Assembly (NCBI GenBank): GCA_038204855.1
Contig: JBBRCM010000003.1
Span: 620 to 64,619 of the forward strand
Origin: Chitinophagales bacterium
Lineage (GTDB): Bacteria > Bacteroidota > Bacteroidia > Chitinophagales > Chitinophagaceae
Length of the DNA: 64,000 nt
Direction: 5' to 3'
Position numbers and translations under genes: made by a program. Shown one piece after another: positions 48,944 through 59,200 of the stretch; position 1 is the stretch's first letter; the number at the start of each line of letters is the position of its first letter. The notes beneath the pieces were generated by a model. It saw only the letters and a list, made by a program, of their open reading frames with translations. It was not told where the DNA came from and ran no database searches.

Positions 48944-48962
48944 AAAACGAACGATTGCATAT

Positions 48963-50750
48963 ATGAACGAACACTCCAGGTTATTTGATTACATCGATTT
49001 TCAGTTAAACAAGTTTCCGAAAACCGACATGTTTAGCGGAAAAGAAAATGGCAGTTGGATAAAATACAGCACAGCGGAAGTAAAAAATATTGTAAATAAT
49101 CTCAGCGCAGGCTTATTAAAAATTGGTGTAAGTGGTAATGATATGACCATTGAAAACCAGGATAAAATTGCCCTTATTTCGAAGAACCGGCCTGAATGGC
49201 TGATGCTGGATATGGCCTGCCAGCAAATTGGCGCTGCACTTTGCCCCATTTACCCAACAACCAATGTTAGTGAACTGGAATTTATTTTTAATGATGCTAC
49301 AGTAAAACATGTGTTTGTAAGCGGGCAGGAAATTTTAGAGAAAGTAAATATCATTAAAGGCAATGTACCTAGTCTGCTGAATGTTTACAGTTTTGATGAG
49401 TTGCCCGGGGTTTCATTCTGGAAAACATTATTGGCAGGCATTACAGCCGCTGACCTTGAAAAAATGGAAGCAGTAAAAGCAACGATTAAGGCCGAACATT
49501 GCGCCACCATCATTTACACATCCGGTACAACAGGTACACCCAAGGGTGTAATGCTCAGCCATCGTAATATTGTTACCAATGTCATCAATTCAAAAAACAG
49601 TTTTCCTTTTCCTGATAATCCAGATGGAAGAGCATTGAGTTTTCTACCGCTCAATCACATTTTTGAAAGGATGGTTTCATTTATTTACATCAGCAGCGGC
49701 AATTCAATTTACTACGCTGAAAGCCTGGATACCATTGCTGAAAATCTGAAAGAAGTAAACCCGAGTTTGTTTTCAACTGTGCCACGGCTTTTGGAAAAAA
49801 CCTATGAAAAGATAATGGCAAAAGGTGCTGAACTTACCGGCGCCAAAAGAAAATTATTTGATTGGTCGGTTGACCTTGCAAATGAATACGATAATATAAA
49901 ACCGATGAGCCTTTGGTATAAATTACAACTGGCAATAGCAAATAAATTAATCTTCAGCAAATGGCGGGAGGCACTGGGAGGTAACATAGATTTTATTGTA
50001 ACCGGCGGTGCCGCATGCCAGGTAAGATTGATACGGATTTTTACAGCCGCAGGCATCCCCATTTATGAAGGATATGGACCAACAGAAAACAGCCCGGTGA
50101 TAAGTGTTAACTGCAAAAGAAAAGGAGGTACTAAATTCGGCACAGTAGGTTTGGTTATTGAAGGCCAGGAAGTAAAGCTGGAAGCAGATGGAGAAATTTG
50201 CGTAAAAGGACCGAGCGTGATGTTGGGGTATTATAAAAGGCCCGAACTTACTGCTGAAACCATTATAGATGGCTGGTTGCATACCGGTGACATTGGTATT
50301 TTTGAAGATGGTAAATATTTAAAAATAACCGACCGCAAGAAAGAATTATTTAAAACCAGCGGTGGTAAATATGTAGCTCCCCAACCCATTGAAAACAAAA
50401 TGAAAGAGTCGCCATTTGTAGAGCAGATGATGGTGGTTGGTGCCGAGCAAAAATTTGTGGGGGCGTTAATTGTTCCATCGCTTACTAATTTAAAAGAATG
50501 GATGCTGCATAAAGAAATACCGTTTACAACCATTGAAGATGCCATTCACAATCCAAAAGTGCTGGATCTTTACAAAGAACTGATTGATTCGTTCAATAAA
50601 TTTTTCAATCATGTGGAACAGATAAAAAAGTTTGAGTTGTTGCCGAACGAATGGACAATTGACAGCGGCGAACTTACGCCCACCCTTAAATTGAAGCGTA
50701 AGGTTATCATGGAAAAATACAAAGCTGCGTTCGACCGGATTTACAGTTAA
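48963..50750 (+). CDS. long-chain fatty acid--CoA ligase (FadD family)
   Basis: YTSGTTGTPKG, EGYG, WLHTGD, TPTLKLKR. Confidence 0.93.
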   Translation: MNEHSRLFDYIDFQLNKFPKTDMFSGKENGSWIKYSTAEVKNIVNNLSAGLLKIGVSGNDMTIENQDKIALISKNRPEWLMLDMACQQIGAALCPIYPTTNVSELEFIFNDATVKHVFVSGQEILEKVNIIKGNVPSLLNVYSFDELPGVSFWKTLLAGITAADLEKMEAVKATIKAEHCATIIYTSGTTGTPKGVMLSHRNIVTNVINSKNSFPFPDNPDGRALSFLPLNHIFERMVSFIYISSGNSIYYAESLDTIAENLKEVNPSLFSTVPRLLEKTYEKIMAKGAELTGAKRKLFDWSVDLANEYDNIKPMSLWYKLQLAIANKLIFSKWREALGGNIDFIVTGGAACQVRLIRIFTAAGIPIYEGYGPTENSPVISVNCKRKGGTKFGTVGLVIEGQEVKLEADGEICVKGPSVMLGYYKRPELTAETIIDGWLHTGDIGIFEDGKYLKITDRKKELFKTSGGKYVAPQPIENKMKESPFVEQMMVVGAEQKFVGALIVPSLTNLKEWMLHKEIPFTTIEDAIHNPKVLDLYKELIDSFNKFFNHVEQIKKFELLPNEWTIDSGELTPTLKLKRKVIMEKYKAAFDRIYS

Positions 50751-50940
50751 AAAAATGAAGCCGGAAATTCTGTAAAAATATTTATCTGATATTTCCGGCT
50801 TACTCACTCATGCTTGAACGGTCTTAGTCTTTAAAGGAATAGATTTTGATAAGTTGATTTTTCAATAAGAATTTTGGTGTTTAATACAATTTAAGGTTAG
50901 TCATAGTATTAATATTTTATGGCTGTTGTAGTTTTTTATG

Positions 50941-51318
50941 CTAAACTGACAATATCAGTTCAGGTATTTTGTCAAAATCTTTTGATTTATCGATAAAGTA
51001 AAAAGCCCCTTCTGTTTTACATAATTTTTGGTAATAATCACTCACCAGGTTGCTTAAAACAATCACTTTAGTTTCAGGAAAATGAAACACGATGTGCTTT
51101 AATAAGTCAATTCCGCTTTTATCCGGCATCTGAATATCTAATAAAACAATACTTGTTTTTTCGCTGTATAAAACTTCAAGAGCTGTGTCATAATTGGTTG
51201 CTGTAAATATTTTTTCAATATTTTTAACCTCCTCAAGCATGCTTACAAGGCGTTCAATAATAAATACAGAACTGTCAATTATCAATAAAATTTTTGAAGA
51301 TTTATCGGCTTGAGGCAT
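50941..51318 (-). CDS. single-domain response regulator
   Basis: LLDIQMPDKSGIDLL, FIDKS. Confidence 0.87.
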   Translation of the reverse strand: MPQADKSSKILLIIDSSVFIIERLVSMLEEVKNIEKIFTATNYDTALEVLYSEKTSIVLLDIQMPDKSGIDLLKHIVFHFPETKVIVLSNLVSDYYQKLCKTEGAFYFIDKSKDFDKIPELILSV

Positions 51319-51382
51319 AAAATTATTACACCTTAAAATTATACTATTACCTGCCGAAGAATGTAGTAATATTTACGGTACG

Positions 51383-51402
51383 TTGTAGATTTTCTACTAC
51401 AA
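51383..51402. promoter_or_regulatory. dyad TTGTAG-N8-CTACAA, putative NarL-type regulator site
   Basis: Perfect 6-bp arms; related box TATAG-N8-CTACA at 56789-56806. Confidence 0.45.
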
Positions 51403-51427
51403 GAGGGAGGTGTCATAGTAATTTACC

Positions 51428-52057
51428 TCAAAGCAAATTATTTTCTATAGCATATCTTGTAAGGTCTGAATTGGATTTTAAATCCATCTTCGCCATAATT
51501 CTTGCCCGGTAAGTACTTACCGTTGTTACACTTAAAGAGAGCATATCGGCAATTTCCGAGACCGATTTGCCATTTGCCAGAAATTTCATCACGTCAAACT
51601 CCCTGTCACTAAGGTTTTCGTGCAGTTGCATAGAAGCATCCGAAGAGAAAGTGTTGGCCAGTTTTTCTGCAATGCCTTGGGATATATATTTTTTTCCCAA
51701 CAACACTTTCTGTACTGCTTTCACCAATTCATCAGGTGCAGTATCCTTACTTAAGTAGCCTGCCGCTCCGGACTTAAGTGCCCGTAATGCATATTGCTCC
51801 TCCGGATGAATACTTAATATAAGTACGGGCAAATGCGGGTGGGTTAACTTTATTTGCTGTAGCGCCTCCAACCCGCTGCGACCCGGCATTGACAGATCGC
51901 TTACTACCACATCCCACTTGGCAGTCATTACTCTCTTTACCAATTCGCCACCGTCTGCCACTTCTTCAATTTCGGCTCCCGGAAATTCATCCAGTAAAAT
52001 CTGTCTCAGCCCTTTTCTTACAACAGTATGGTCATCGGCAATTAATATTCTTAACAT
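51428..52057 (-). CDS. NarL/LuxR family response regulator
   Basis: IADDH, DLSMPGRSG, LSDREF..., TVSTYRARI. Confidence 0.93.
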   Translation of the reverse strand: MLRILIADDHTVVRKGLRQILLDEFPGAEIEEVADGGELVKRVMTAKWDVVVSDLSMPGRSGLEALQQIKLTHPHLPVLILSIHPEEQYALRALKSGAAGYLSKDTAPDELVKAVQKVLLGKKYISQGIAEKLANTFSSDASMQLHENLSDREFDVMKFLANGKSVSEIADMLSLSVTTVSTYRARIMAKMDLKSNSDLTRYAIENNLL

Positions 52058-52082
52058 AAAATAAATTTTATACAGTTGGCTA

Positions 52083-55000
52083 TTATTGCACAAGCGGTAT
52101 TGAAATAATTGTTTCTGATCCTTTACCTGGTCTGCTTTTAAATTCATACGTGCCTCCTAAAATCAGCGTTCGCTCTTTTATGCCCAATAATCCAAGCGTC
52201 TTTTTTTGTGTGATGGTTTCCGGATCAAAACCGGTTCCATTATCTGTTAAACTAAAAAACACACTATTATCCATTTTTTGCAAAAGTACTTTTACTAAAG
52301 AGGCTTTTGCATGCCGTGCCACGTTGGTTAACAATTCCTGGTAAATTCTGAATATTGCTGTAATTGAATCAGGCTTTAATATAACGTCATCCGCCTCATT
52401 AGTGAATTCAACACGAATACCCGATCTTTTTTCAAATTCTTCCCCCTGCCATTCCAACGCAGCTATCAGACCAAGATCATCCAGGATACTTGGTCTCAAA
52501 TCAGTCGCAATCTTTCTTACAGTGGCTACTGTTGCATTTATCAATTCTATGCTTTCCTTAAGTTTGGCTGCAATTTCATTATCGGAGGTATTTATTTTCC
52601 TTGTTAGCCAATAAATATCCATTTTAAGACCCGTTAATTGCTGACCGAGTTCATCATGTATTTCACGTGCTATACTTGTTCTTTCTTCTTCCCGTATGTT
52701 TTGCAGGTTAGAAGCAAGTTGCCTTATATCCTGATACGATTTTTGTAACCGCTCTTCTGCCATGTATTTATCAGTCACATCGTACGATAAGCTAAGCCAT
52801 ACCCACTTTCCTTCGTACATAATCTGATGGCTGTTTGTTTCCACCTGTATAACTGTGCCATTCTTTTTTTTGTGTCGCCAGGCTCTGGTGTTAATTTCAT
52901 CCTGTTTCATCTTTTTTACTTCTTTCAAAAAATTTGCTACATCTTCAGCCGGCCTTAAATCTCTTGTGTTCATACATAAAAACTCTTCCCTGCTATATCC
53001 GTACTGCTTTATTGCCGATTCATTTACATCAATAATATCCAGGTCCGGAATTGTAGTCATCCACATTGGCAAAGGATTATTATAAAACAGCAACCGGTAT
53101 TTTTGTTCAGATTGAATAAGTGCTTCCTCGGCCTGCTTACTATTGCTTACATCCTGTATGGTACCAACCATAGTCGTCGGCTGGCCGCTTTCGTTAAATT
53201 TAAGTGTTCCTATTCCATGAACCCATCTTTCCGCTTTATCATTTTTCCTTTCTATTTTGTATTCTTTATCAAACTTTATTTTTTTTCCTAACACTTCGTC
53301 TCTAAAATATGCACTCATTATTTCTCTCCAGTCCGGATGAATAATACCTACCCAACTTTCCACATTTTTTTCAAAGCTATCCTCAATTCCAAAAATATCA
53401 TTCAGGATTTCTGAGCTTGTCCATCTGTCGGAATAAATATCCAACGTATAGGTTCCTAGTTTGGCAATGAGCTGGGTTTCTTTTAAAAACCGCTCACTGT
53501 CACCCAATACTTCTTCTGCCATTTTACGCTCAGAGATATCCCTTGCAGCTACGGAGACACCATTTACTGTTTTTGATTCATCATAGACCGGGGTAAACCG
53601 TACCATCACCCAGGAAGGAAGGCCGGGGTTAATGAGTTTTATTTCATACTCTATACTTTCGCCTGCAAATGCTTTTTCGAAACTCTCTTTTATGGGTTCT
53701 TCGCCATGCTCAGGTATTATATCAAGAAGATTTGTACCCTGCTTTACCGGTTTTCCCCAGGCTATTTCAAGGTTTCTTTCTGCAACTTTATTAATTAAGA
53801 TAACTGTATAATTTACATCAACAACATAAAAATTATCTACTGAGCTCGATAAAACCTGCTGTAGCTTTTTCTCCTTTTCAATTAATTTCTCCGCCGTTTT
53901 TTTACGTTCGGCAATATTTCTTACAAACAATTGATAGCGGCCATCTAACAGTTTTTGAGCACTTATCTCAACATCAATTAGGGTTCCGTCTTTACAAATT
54001 AATCTCCGTTCATTGGTAATCGATTGCCCTTTTGCCATCATTGTAATTCTAAGTGGGTTACAGGCAAGGTCTTCGGGGGGAATCACGTCTTCAAATTTTA
54101 ATTTTTGCAGTTCTGTCTTGGTATATCCGCTCATCTGGCAACCCGCAGTGTTTACATCAATTAAGCAGGTGTTTTCATCAGCAATAAAAATACCATCAGC
54201 AGCCTGTTCTATTATAGTACGATATTTTTCTTCGCTTACAATTATTGCTTTCTGTGCTTCTTCCCTTTCACTAATATCCTGCATGGCGCCTAATATTCTT
54301 ACGGGGTTTCCTAAATCATCATACTTAATATAGGCCCTGTCATAAAATGTGTTGTATTCACCCTTTGCATTTTTAAACCGAAAAATTTCCGATAGCGAAA
54401 CCTCTTTGTTCTTAATAGCATCTTTCATCCTGTCTTCAATACCTGCCTGTTGTTCGGGAAGAATGTGCCCCAGGAACATTTCAAAATTTATTTTTTCTTT
54501 TCTATAATCAAGCCCGTAAATACTGTAGAGGTTTTTATTGCCCCATGTTTCGTTTTTAATAATATCATGATCCCATATAGCATCATTGGTTGCCTGTGCT
54601 ATCAGCTCAAAACGCTCATTTGATATTCTGATTTCTGCTTCCGCTTTAATTCTGTCTGTAATATTCTTGCTGGTTATAATGAACCCACTGCTCATCCCTT
54701 TATTATCCTTAAGCAGGTTAATATTACTGAGCAGGTTAATTTTTTCTTTGGTTTTAGGATGTATAAAATTAAACTCACCTTTCCATTTTCCTTCGGTAAA
54801 AACCTGCTTAAACACTTCCTCGCTATTTGTATTCGGGTATTCAAATGTTACCAGTTCCGGTACTCTTTTTCCAACAACCTCTGCTGTAGTAAATCCATAT
54901 AATTCCTCACAGGCTCTGTTCCAGCTTACTATACAACGATTCATATTCAGCGATGTAACCGCATCTGAAACGCTCTCCAGCAAACTTGCCTGGTACACGA

Positions 55001-56639
55001 GTTTGTTTTCATTTTTTTTTCTTTCGGTAATATCTCTTATAAACCCAATTAAAGTGTGAGAGCTTGCCATTTTGGAATTTAATTCCACATCCAGATATGT
55101 TCCGTCTTTTTTCTTCAGCCTTCTTTCGTATAAAAGGCTTTTGCCCTGCATTAGCTCCTGTATTCTTAATGGGTTTGATTTAATATCTTCTTCCGGTAAA
55201 AAATCTGTCAGGTGATAACCGATCATTTCGTCATCGGGGTAATCGATCATTTGCTGTATACTTTTATTTACTTCCAGGATAATGCCTTCCATATCGGTTA
55301 TCACAATGCCATCAGATGCCTGTTCAATAAGTGTTCGGTATTTTTCTTCTTTATTTTTTAAAGCCTGTGTTATCTGCTTTATATCAGTAACATCTTTAAA
55401 AAAAACAGTTAATCCGTCTTTCGAAGGATAAATATGATTTTCGAGCCACTTATCTAATGCTGGATAGTACTCTTCGAGGTATTGATATTCCTGAATTTCC
55501 ATAGCCTGGTGGTATGCTTGGTAAAAAGGCTGATCTATCCCGGCAGGAAACTCTTGCCAGATATTTTTTCCAATAAGGCTTTGCGGTTCTTTTTCCAGCA
55601 GTTCTCCTGCCTTTTCATTTACATAAGTGTAAAGCCAATTACTATTAAGGGCCACAAACGCATCAGATACACGTTCAACAAGTGAGCGGTAATTATTTTC
55701 ACTGCTATTTAGTTCACTCGTCCGGCTTAATACCAATTCATTCAATTTCTTTGGTCTCATTGCAATACGGTAGGTAAATACGGCTGCCAGAAAGGAGAGG
55801 AGCAAACCCAGCATGGCAAGTGTAAAAAGATCTCTGTAATCAGCGCTGCCTGCAGCGCTGATTACAGAGATCTTCCATTCGCCATCCGGCACAAAAATTG
55901 AAATTGATTTAGCCGAGGATAATTCTTTATGTTCAGGTAAAAAAAATTGTTCTTTTTTAGTATCGGGGTTAAGTTTTGAAAGTTGAAAATAATAACCATT
56001 GTTACCCAAACTGTCAATGCCGGCAGTTTTGAACAATGTTGACATTTTTATAATTACAGCCGAAAACCCCCAGAATTTATTGTGCCTGTAAACAGGCAAC
56101 CGGCCCACAATACCCATTCCTCCCTGTGTTAACTCAAAGGGGCCTGCAAAAAATAATTTCTTCTTTTCAATAGCTTTAAAGGCTTCTTTGCTTCTTGAAG
56201 AGTCCAGTAAAATATTATACCCAATTGCCTTTTCATTTCCCTTTAAAGGATAAGTATATTTTATAACTCCGTCTGGTACCAGTTGAAGGGCATCAATACC
56301 TTTTCCAGACTCAAGCACTTGTGCTGCTATAGAATCAAAATTATTTATCTCCCCGTTTTTATCTATTAAAAAAGCAAGGATTTTGGTGGCAGAAAGGCTT
56401 TGAGTTAAAACTTCCTGCAACTTATCTTTTGCCTGGTGAACAATTTCAATAGCTTCTTTTTCCCTGTTTTCTTTAGTCAGTTGATAGCGGTCAAAAATGA
56501 GTACAGTAAATAATAATGAAATAATGATAAACACCAGGCAACTCAAAAATACCGGTCGGTTAAATATAGAAAACGCCACAGTGCTTTTATGGTGCTGCCC
56601 GGTCATTTGGTTATTTCTTATGTTTTCCTGATCTGACAT
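52083..56639 (-). CDS. CHASE + multi-PAS NarX-type (HisKA_3) sensor kinase
   Basis: 2 TM around a CHASE-like region (AGPFELTQGG); multiple PAS; IAREIHDELGQ; ELLTNVARHA. Confidence 0.9.
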   Translation of the reverse strand: MSDQENIRNNQMTGQHHKSTVAFSIFNRPVFLSCLVFIIISLLFTVLIFDRYQLTKENREKEAIEIVHQAKDKLQEVLTQSLSATKILAFLIDKNGEINNFDSIAAQVLESGKGIDALQLVPDGVIKYTYPLKGNEKAIGYNILLDSSRSKEAFKAIEKKKLFFAGPFELTQGGMGIVGRLPVYRHNKFWGFSAVIIKMSTLFKTAGIDSLGNNGYYFQLSKLNPDTKKEQFFLPEHKELSSAKSISIFVPDGEWKISVISAAGSADYRDLFTLAMLGLLLSFLAAVFTYRIAMRPKKLNELVLSRTSELNSSENNYRSLVERVSDAFVALNSNWLYTYVNEKAGELLEKEPQSLIGKNIWQEFPAGIDQPFYQAYHQAMEIQEYQYLEEYYPALDKWLENHIYPSKDGLTVFFKDVTDIKQITQALKNKEEKYRTLIEQASDGIVITDMEGIILEVNKSIQQMIDYPDDEMIGYHLTDFLPEEDIKSNPLRIQELMQGKSLLYERRLKKKDGTYLDVELNSKMASSHTLIGFIRDITERKKNENKLVYQASLLESVSDAVTSLNMNRCIVSWNRACEELYGFTTAEVVGKRVPELVTFEYPNTNSEEVFKQVFTEGKWKGEFNFIHPKTKEKINLLSNINLLKDNKGMSSGFIITSKNITDRIKAEAEIRISNERFELIAQATNDAIWDHDIIKNETWGNKNLYSIYGLDYRKEKINFEMFLGHILPEQQAGIEDRMKDAIKNKEVSLSEIFRFKNAKGEYNTFYDRAYIKYDDLGNPVRILGAMQDISEREEAQKAIIVSEEKYRTIIEQAADGIFIADENTCLIDVNTAGCQMSGYTKTELQKLKFEDVIPPEDLACNPLRITMMAKGQSITNERRLICKDGTLIDVEISAQKLLDGRYQLFVRNIAERKKTAEKLIEKEKKLQQVLSSSVDNFYVVDVNYTVILINKVAERNLEIAWGKPVKQGTNLLDIIPEHGEEPIKESFEKAFAGESIEYEIKLINPGLPSWVMVRFTPVYDESKTVNGVSVAARDISERKMAEEVLGDSERFLKETQLIAKLGTYTLDIYSDRWTSSEILNDIFGIEDSFEKNVESWVGIIHPDWREIMSAYFRDEVLGKKIKFDKEYKIERKNDKAERWVHGIGTLKFNESGQPTTMVGTIQDVSNSKQAEEALIQSEQKYRLLFYNNPLPMWMTTIPDLDIIDVNESAIKQYGYSREEFLCMNTRDLRPAEDVANFLKEVKKMKQDEINTRAWRHKKKNGTVIQVETNSHQIMYEGKWVWLSLSYDVTDKYMAEERLQKSYQDIRQLASNLQNIREEERTSIAREIHDELGQQLTGLKMDIYWLTRKINTSDNEIAAKLKESIELINATVATVRKIATDLRPSILDDLGLIAALEWQGEEFEKRSGIRVEFTNEADDVILKPDSITAIFRIYQELLTNVARHAKASLVKVLLQKMDNSVFFSLTDNGTGFDPETITQKKTLGLLGIKERTLILGGTYEFKSRPGKGSETIISIPLVQ

Positions 56640-56855
56640 GCGGCTTTTAGACTGTAAGTAGTAAATGGTTAAATGAAAGAAGCCGGAACAATTTAAGTTA
56701 CGACTTTTATACCGATAAATAAGTTTGTTATCACTTGTAAAAGCCGGTATAGACATTTACAAATTTATCTGACTATTGAAATATAAACTATAGACATCCT
56801 TCTACACCAGCGGGTAAGAGCGGTATTTATCGCAGTGCTGCTGTATTTAAAGCAG

Positions 56856-57491
56856 CTATTGATCTAAAGCTGGCAGTAATTTTATTTCGTTTCGGTATAA
56901 AATAATTTTTTTATTGTTTTCAAGCTGCTTCAGCAGCCTTGATATTACAACTCTTGAAGTTGCCAGTTCATCTGCTATAAGATGGTGGGATACTTTTATG
57001 GCACTGGACCCGGTTATGCGTTGTTTTTCTTTTAAATAGTCTACCAGTCTTTCATCCAGTTTATGAAAGGCTATACTCTCAATTGATTTTAATAATTCGA
57101 TAAAGCGTTCATTAAAACTTCGCATGATATAATTTTTCCAGCCGGGATAGTTACAAAGCCATTCGTCCAATTTCAAGTGGGGTATGGCAATCAGCTCAAC
57201 ATCATCCTCGGCTATCGCTTTCACCTCGCTTTTTTTAGCTTCGATGCAGCAACTGTATGCCATGGAGCAGCTTTCGTTACTGGATAAATAATACAATAAA
57301 ATTTCATTGCCGTCTTCATCCATTCTCAACACCTTAACTGTTCCATTTAAAATAATGGGCATCATACGAATGTATTTTCCGTAATCCATTATCAGGTCAG
57401 CTTCTTTAAAATGCTGAATGATGCCGAACTGCTGAATTTCTTTCAACAAAGCTGGTTCAAAAATATGGGACAGGCTATCTAAACTCATCAT
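56856..57491 (-). CDS. Crp/Fnr family transcriptional regulator
   Basis: EILLYYL..ESC, LDERL, IADELATSRVVISRLLK. Confidence 0.92.
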   Translation of the reverse strand: MMSLDSLSHIFEPALLKEIQQFGIIQHFKEADLIMDYGKYIRMMPIILNGTVKVLRMDEDGNEILLYYLSSNESCSMAYSCCIEAKKSEVKAIAEDDVELIAIPHLKLDEWLCNYPGWKNYIMRSFNERFIELLKSIESIAFHKLDERLVDYLKEKQRITGSSAIKVSHHLIADELATSRVVISRLLKQLENNKKIILYRNEIKLLPALDQ

Positions 57492-57496
57492 GTAAT

Positions 57497-59191
57497 TTAA
57501 CGAAACTTATAATCTACCCCCGTAATCTGGGTAAGTAATGTTTGTGGGGCATCCAGTATATACGCACTTCCTGGCGGCGTTGGTGTAACTGGTGAAGCGG
57601 CTGCCAGGTAATCTCTCATAACAGCATGCAAAGTGTACTGCGTATTGGCTGCGTTTGCAACATGCTTCATCCGGCAAAGCATATCACTTGGGTCGCCATC
57701 CCGTTCGCAGGCACATATCCTGTACACTTTATCCGGTTCAAGTGCTGTATTTGCAATGGTTACTGTCTGCACCCTTTTACCTTTTTCTGCAAAAGCATTA
57801 AAGGCAACTTTCATTCCTTTAAACTTTATAATCCAGCCACCAAGCCGTTCCGATGCATCTTTGGCAAAAACATTGTGCAATTCTTTTTCGAGCCACTCTT
57901 TAATTTGTTTACCCGCTACCATTCCTGTTCTTACTGTACTATCCACCGGAAACATATCATAAATATATCCGTTGGTGATGGGGATGTTGCCGGTATGATC
58001 GGGCGTTGTACGTGGCGGACAAAAACGAAAACCATTTGATAAGACAATATCCATTTCAGGAACTTTCCATTTCAGCGCATCCAGTATCATGGTATCAATC
58101 GTATTTTCTACCACAAAATATCTGTACAACGGAATAGTGCTATATCCTGCTATGGTATGCATATCCTTTATAAAAGCTGTTTCATTTTCTTTAATTAAAG
58201 CAGTTATTGCTGTTGAGGGTTTAAATTTGTCTGCTGTTATTTCCACCAGTTCATATTCGTCTTTAATTACTTTTCCATTTTGTACGGTAAGATTTAGTTT
58301 GCCCACAAAAGACCCAAAAGCGCCTGGCTCCACCACCTTACTGAATTTACATTGAATTGGCTTTCTTACTCTTTCATGTGTATCGCCGCCAAGAATATAA
58401 TCAACACCCTTGCACTCCGGTAAATTTGCCAGGTAAATCTGTTGCGATAATCCCAGGTGAGCTACTATTAATACATAAGCACATTGCTCCTGGTTTCTTA
58501 ATACATCAACATAATGTTCCAGATTTTCTTCAGGCTTGGTATAAATAATTCCTTTGCTGTAATTGGGTGATTGCCGGATGGGTACCAAAGGATCGGTGTA
58601 ACCGATAAAACCTATTTTAACCCCTTTCACATTCCAGATATAATATGGAGGAAAAATCAGTTCTCCTTTTTTTCCATCACCTAAATCGTGATACATATTT
58701 GCACAAACCTTGGGTGCATTTAAAGATCCCAATAAAGTTTGCATGGCTTTTTTGTGATAAATAACTTCCCAGTTGCCGGGTAAATACAAATCGTAACCCA
58801 ATGCATTTAAAATGGGCACCATGGCTTTACCGGTTGTTTTTACAGATAGCTCACTACCCTGGAACATATCGCCGGTATCAATTAAAAAACTATCTGGATT
58901 TTTCTTTCTTTCATTTTGAAGATATGTAGCTACATGTGCATAGCCACCGGTTTTACGAAATACAGCTTTATCATTTTCCCAAAACAATTCATCATGTGGA
59001 TGAACCTGGCAATGCACATCGGTTGTTTGTAAAATTGAAATAGTAAAGGGTTTGTCATCAGCCGCAGTTTTATAATCCGGCTTTGAATTTTCTTTTGAGG
59101 CTGCAACTGCCATGATTGGCGAAGATGCCAATAAACCTGCACCACCAAGCGTACTTATTTTTTTTATAAAATCTCTTCTGTTATTGTTCAT
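57497..59191 (-). CDS. Tat-exported SoxB-like thiosulfohydrolase / 5'-nucleotidase family protein
   Basis: RRDFIK Tat signal; TDVHCQ, GGYAH, DTGDMFQGS, GNWE, GGDTHE, NGFRF. Confidence 0.75.
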   Translation of the reverse strand: MNNNRRDFIKKISTLGGAGLLASSPIMAVAASKENSKPDYKTAADDKPFTISILQTTDVHCQVHPHDELFWENDKAVFRKTGGYAHVATYLQNERKKNPDSFLIDTGDMFQGSELSVKTTGKAMVPILNALGYDLYLPGNWEVIYHKKAMQTLLGSLNAPKVCANMYHDLGDGKKGELIFPPYYIWNVKGVKIGFIGYTDPLVPIRQSPNYSKGIIYTKPEENLEHYVDVLRNQEQCAYVLIVAHLGLSQQIYLANLPECKGVDYILGGDTHERVRKPIQCKFSKVVEPGAFGSFVGKLNLTVQNGKVIKDEYELVEITADKFKPSTAITALIKENETAFIKDMHTIAGYSTIPLYRYFVVENTIDTMILDALKWKVPEMDIVLSNGFRFCPPRTTPDHTGNIPITNGYIYDMFPVDSTVRTGMVAGKQIKEWLEKELHNVFAKDASERLGGWIIKFKGMKVAFNAFAEKGKRVQTVTIANTALEPDKVYRICACERDGDPSDMLCRMKHVANAANTQYTLHAVMRDYLAAASPVTPTPPGSAYILDAPQTLLTQITGVDYKFR

Positions 59192-59200
59192 GGGTGGATA

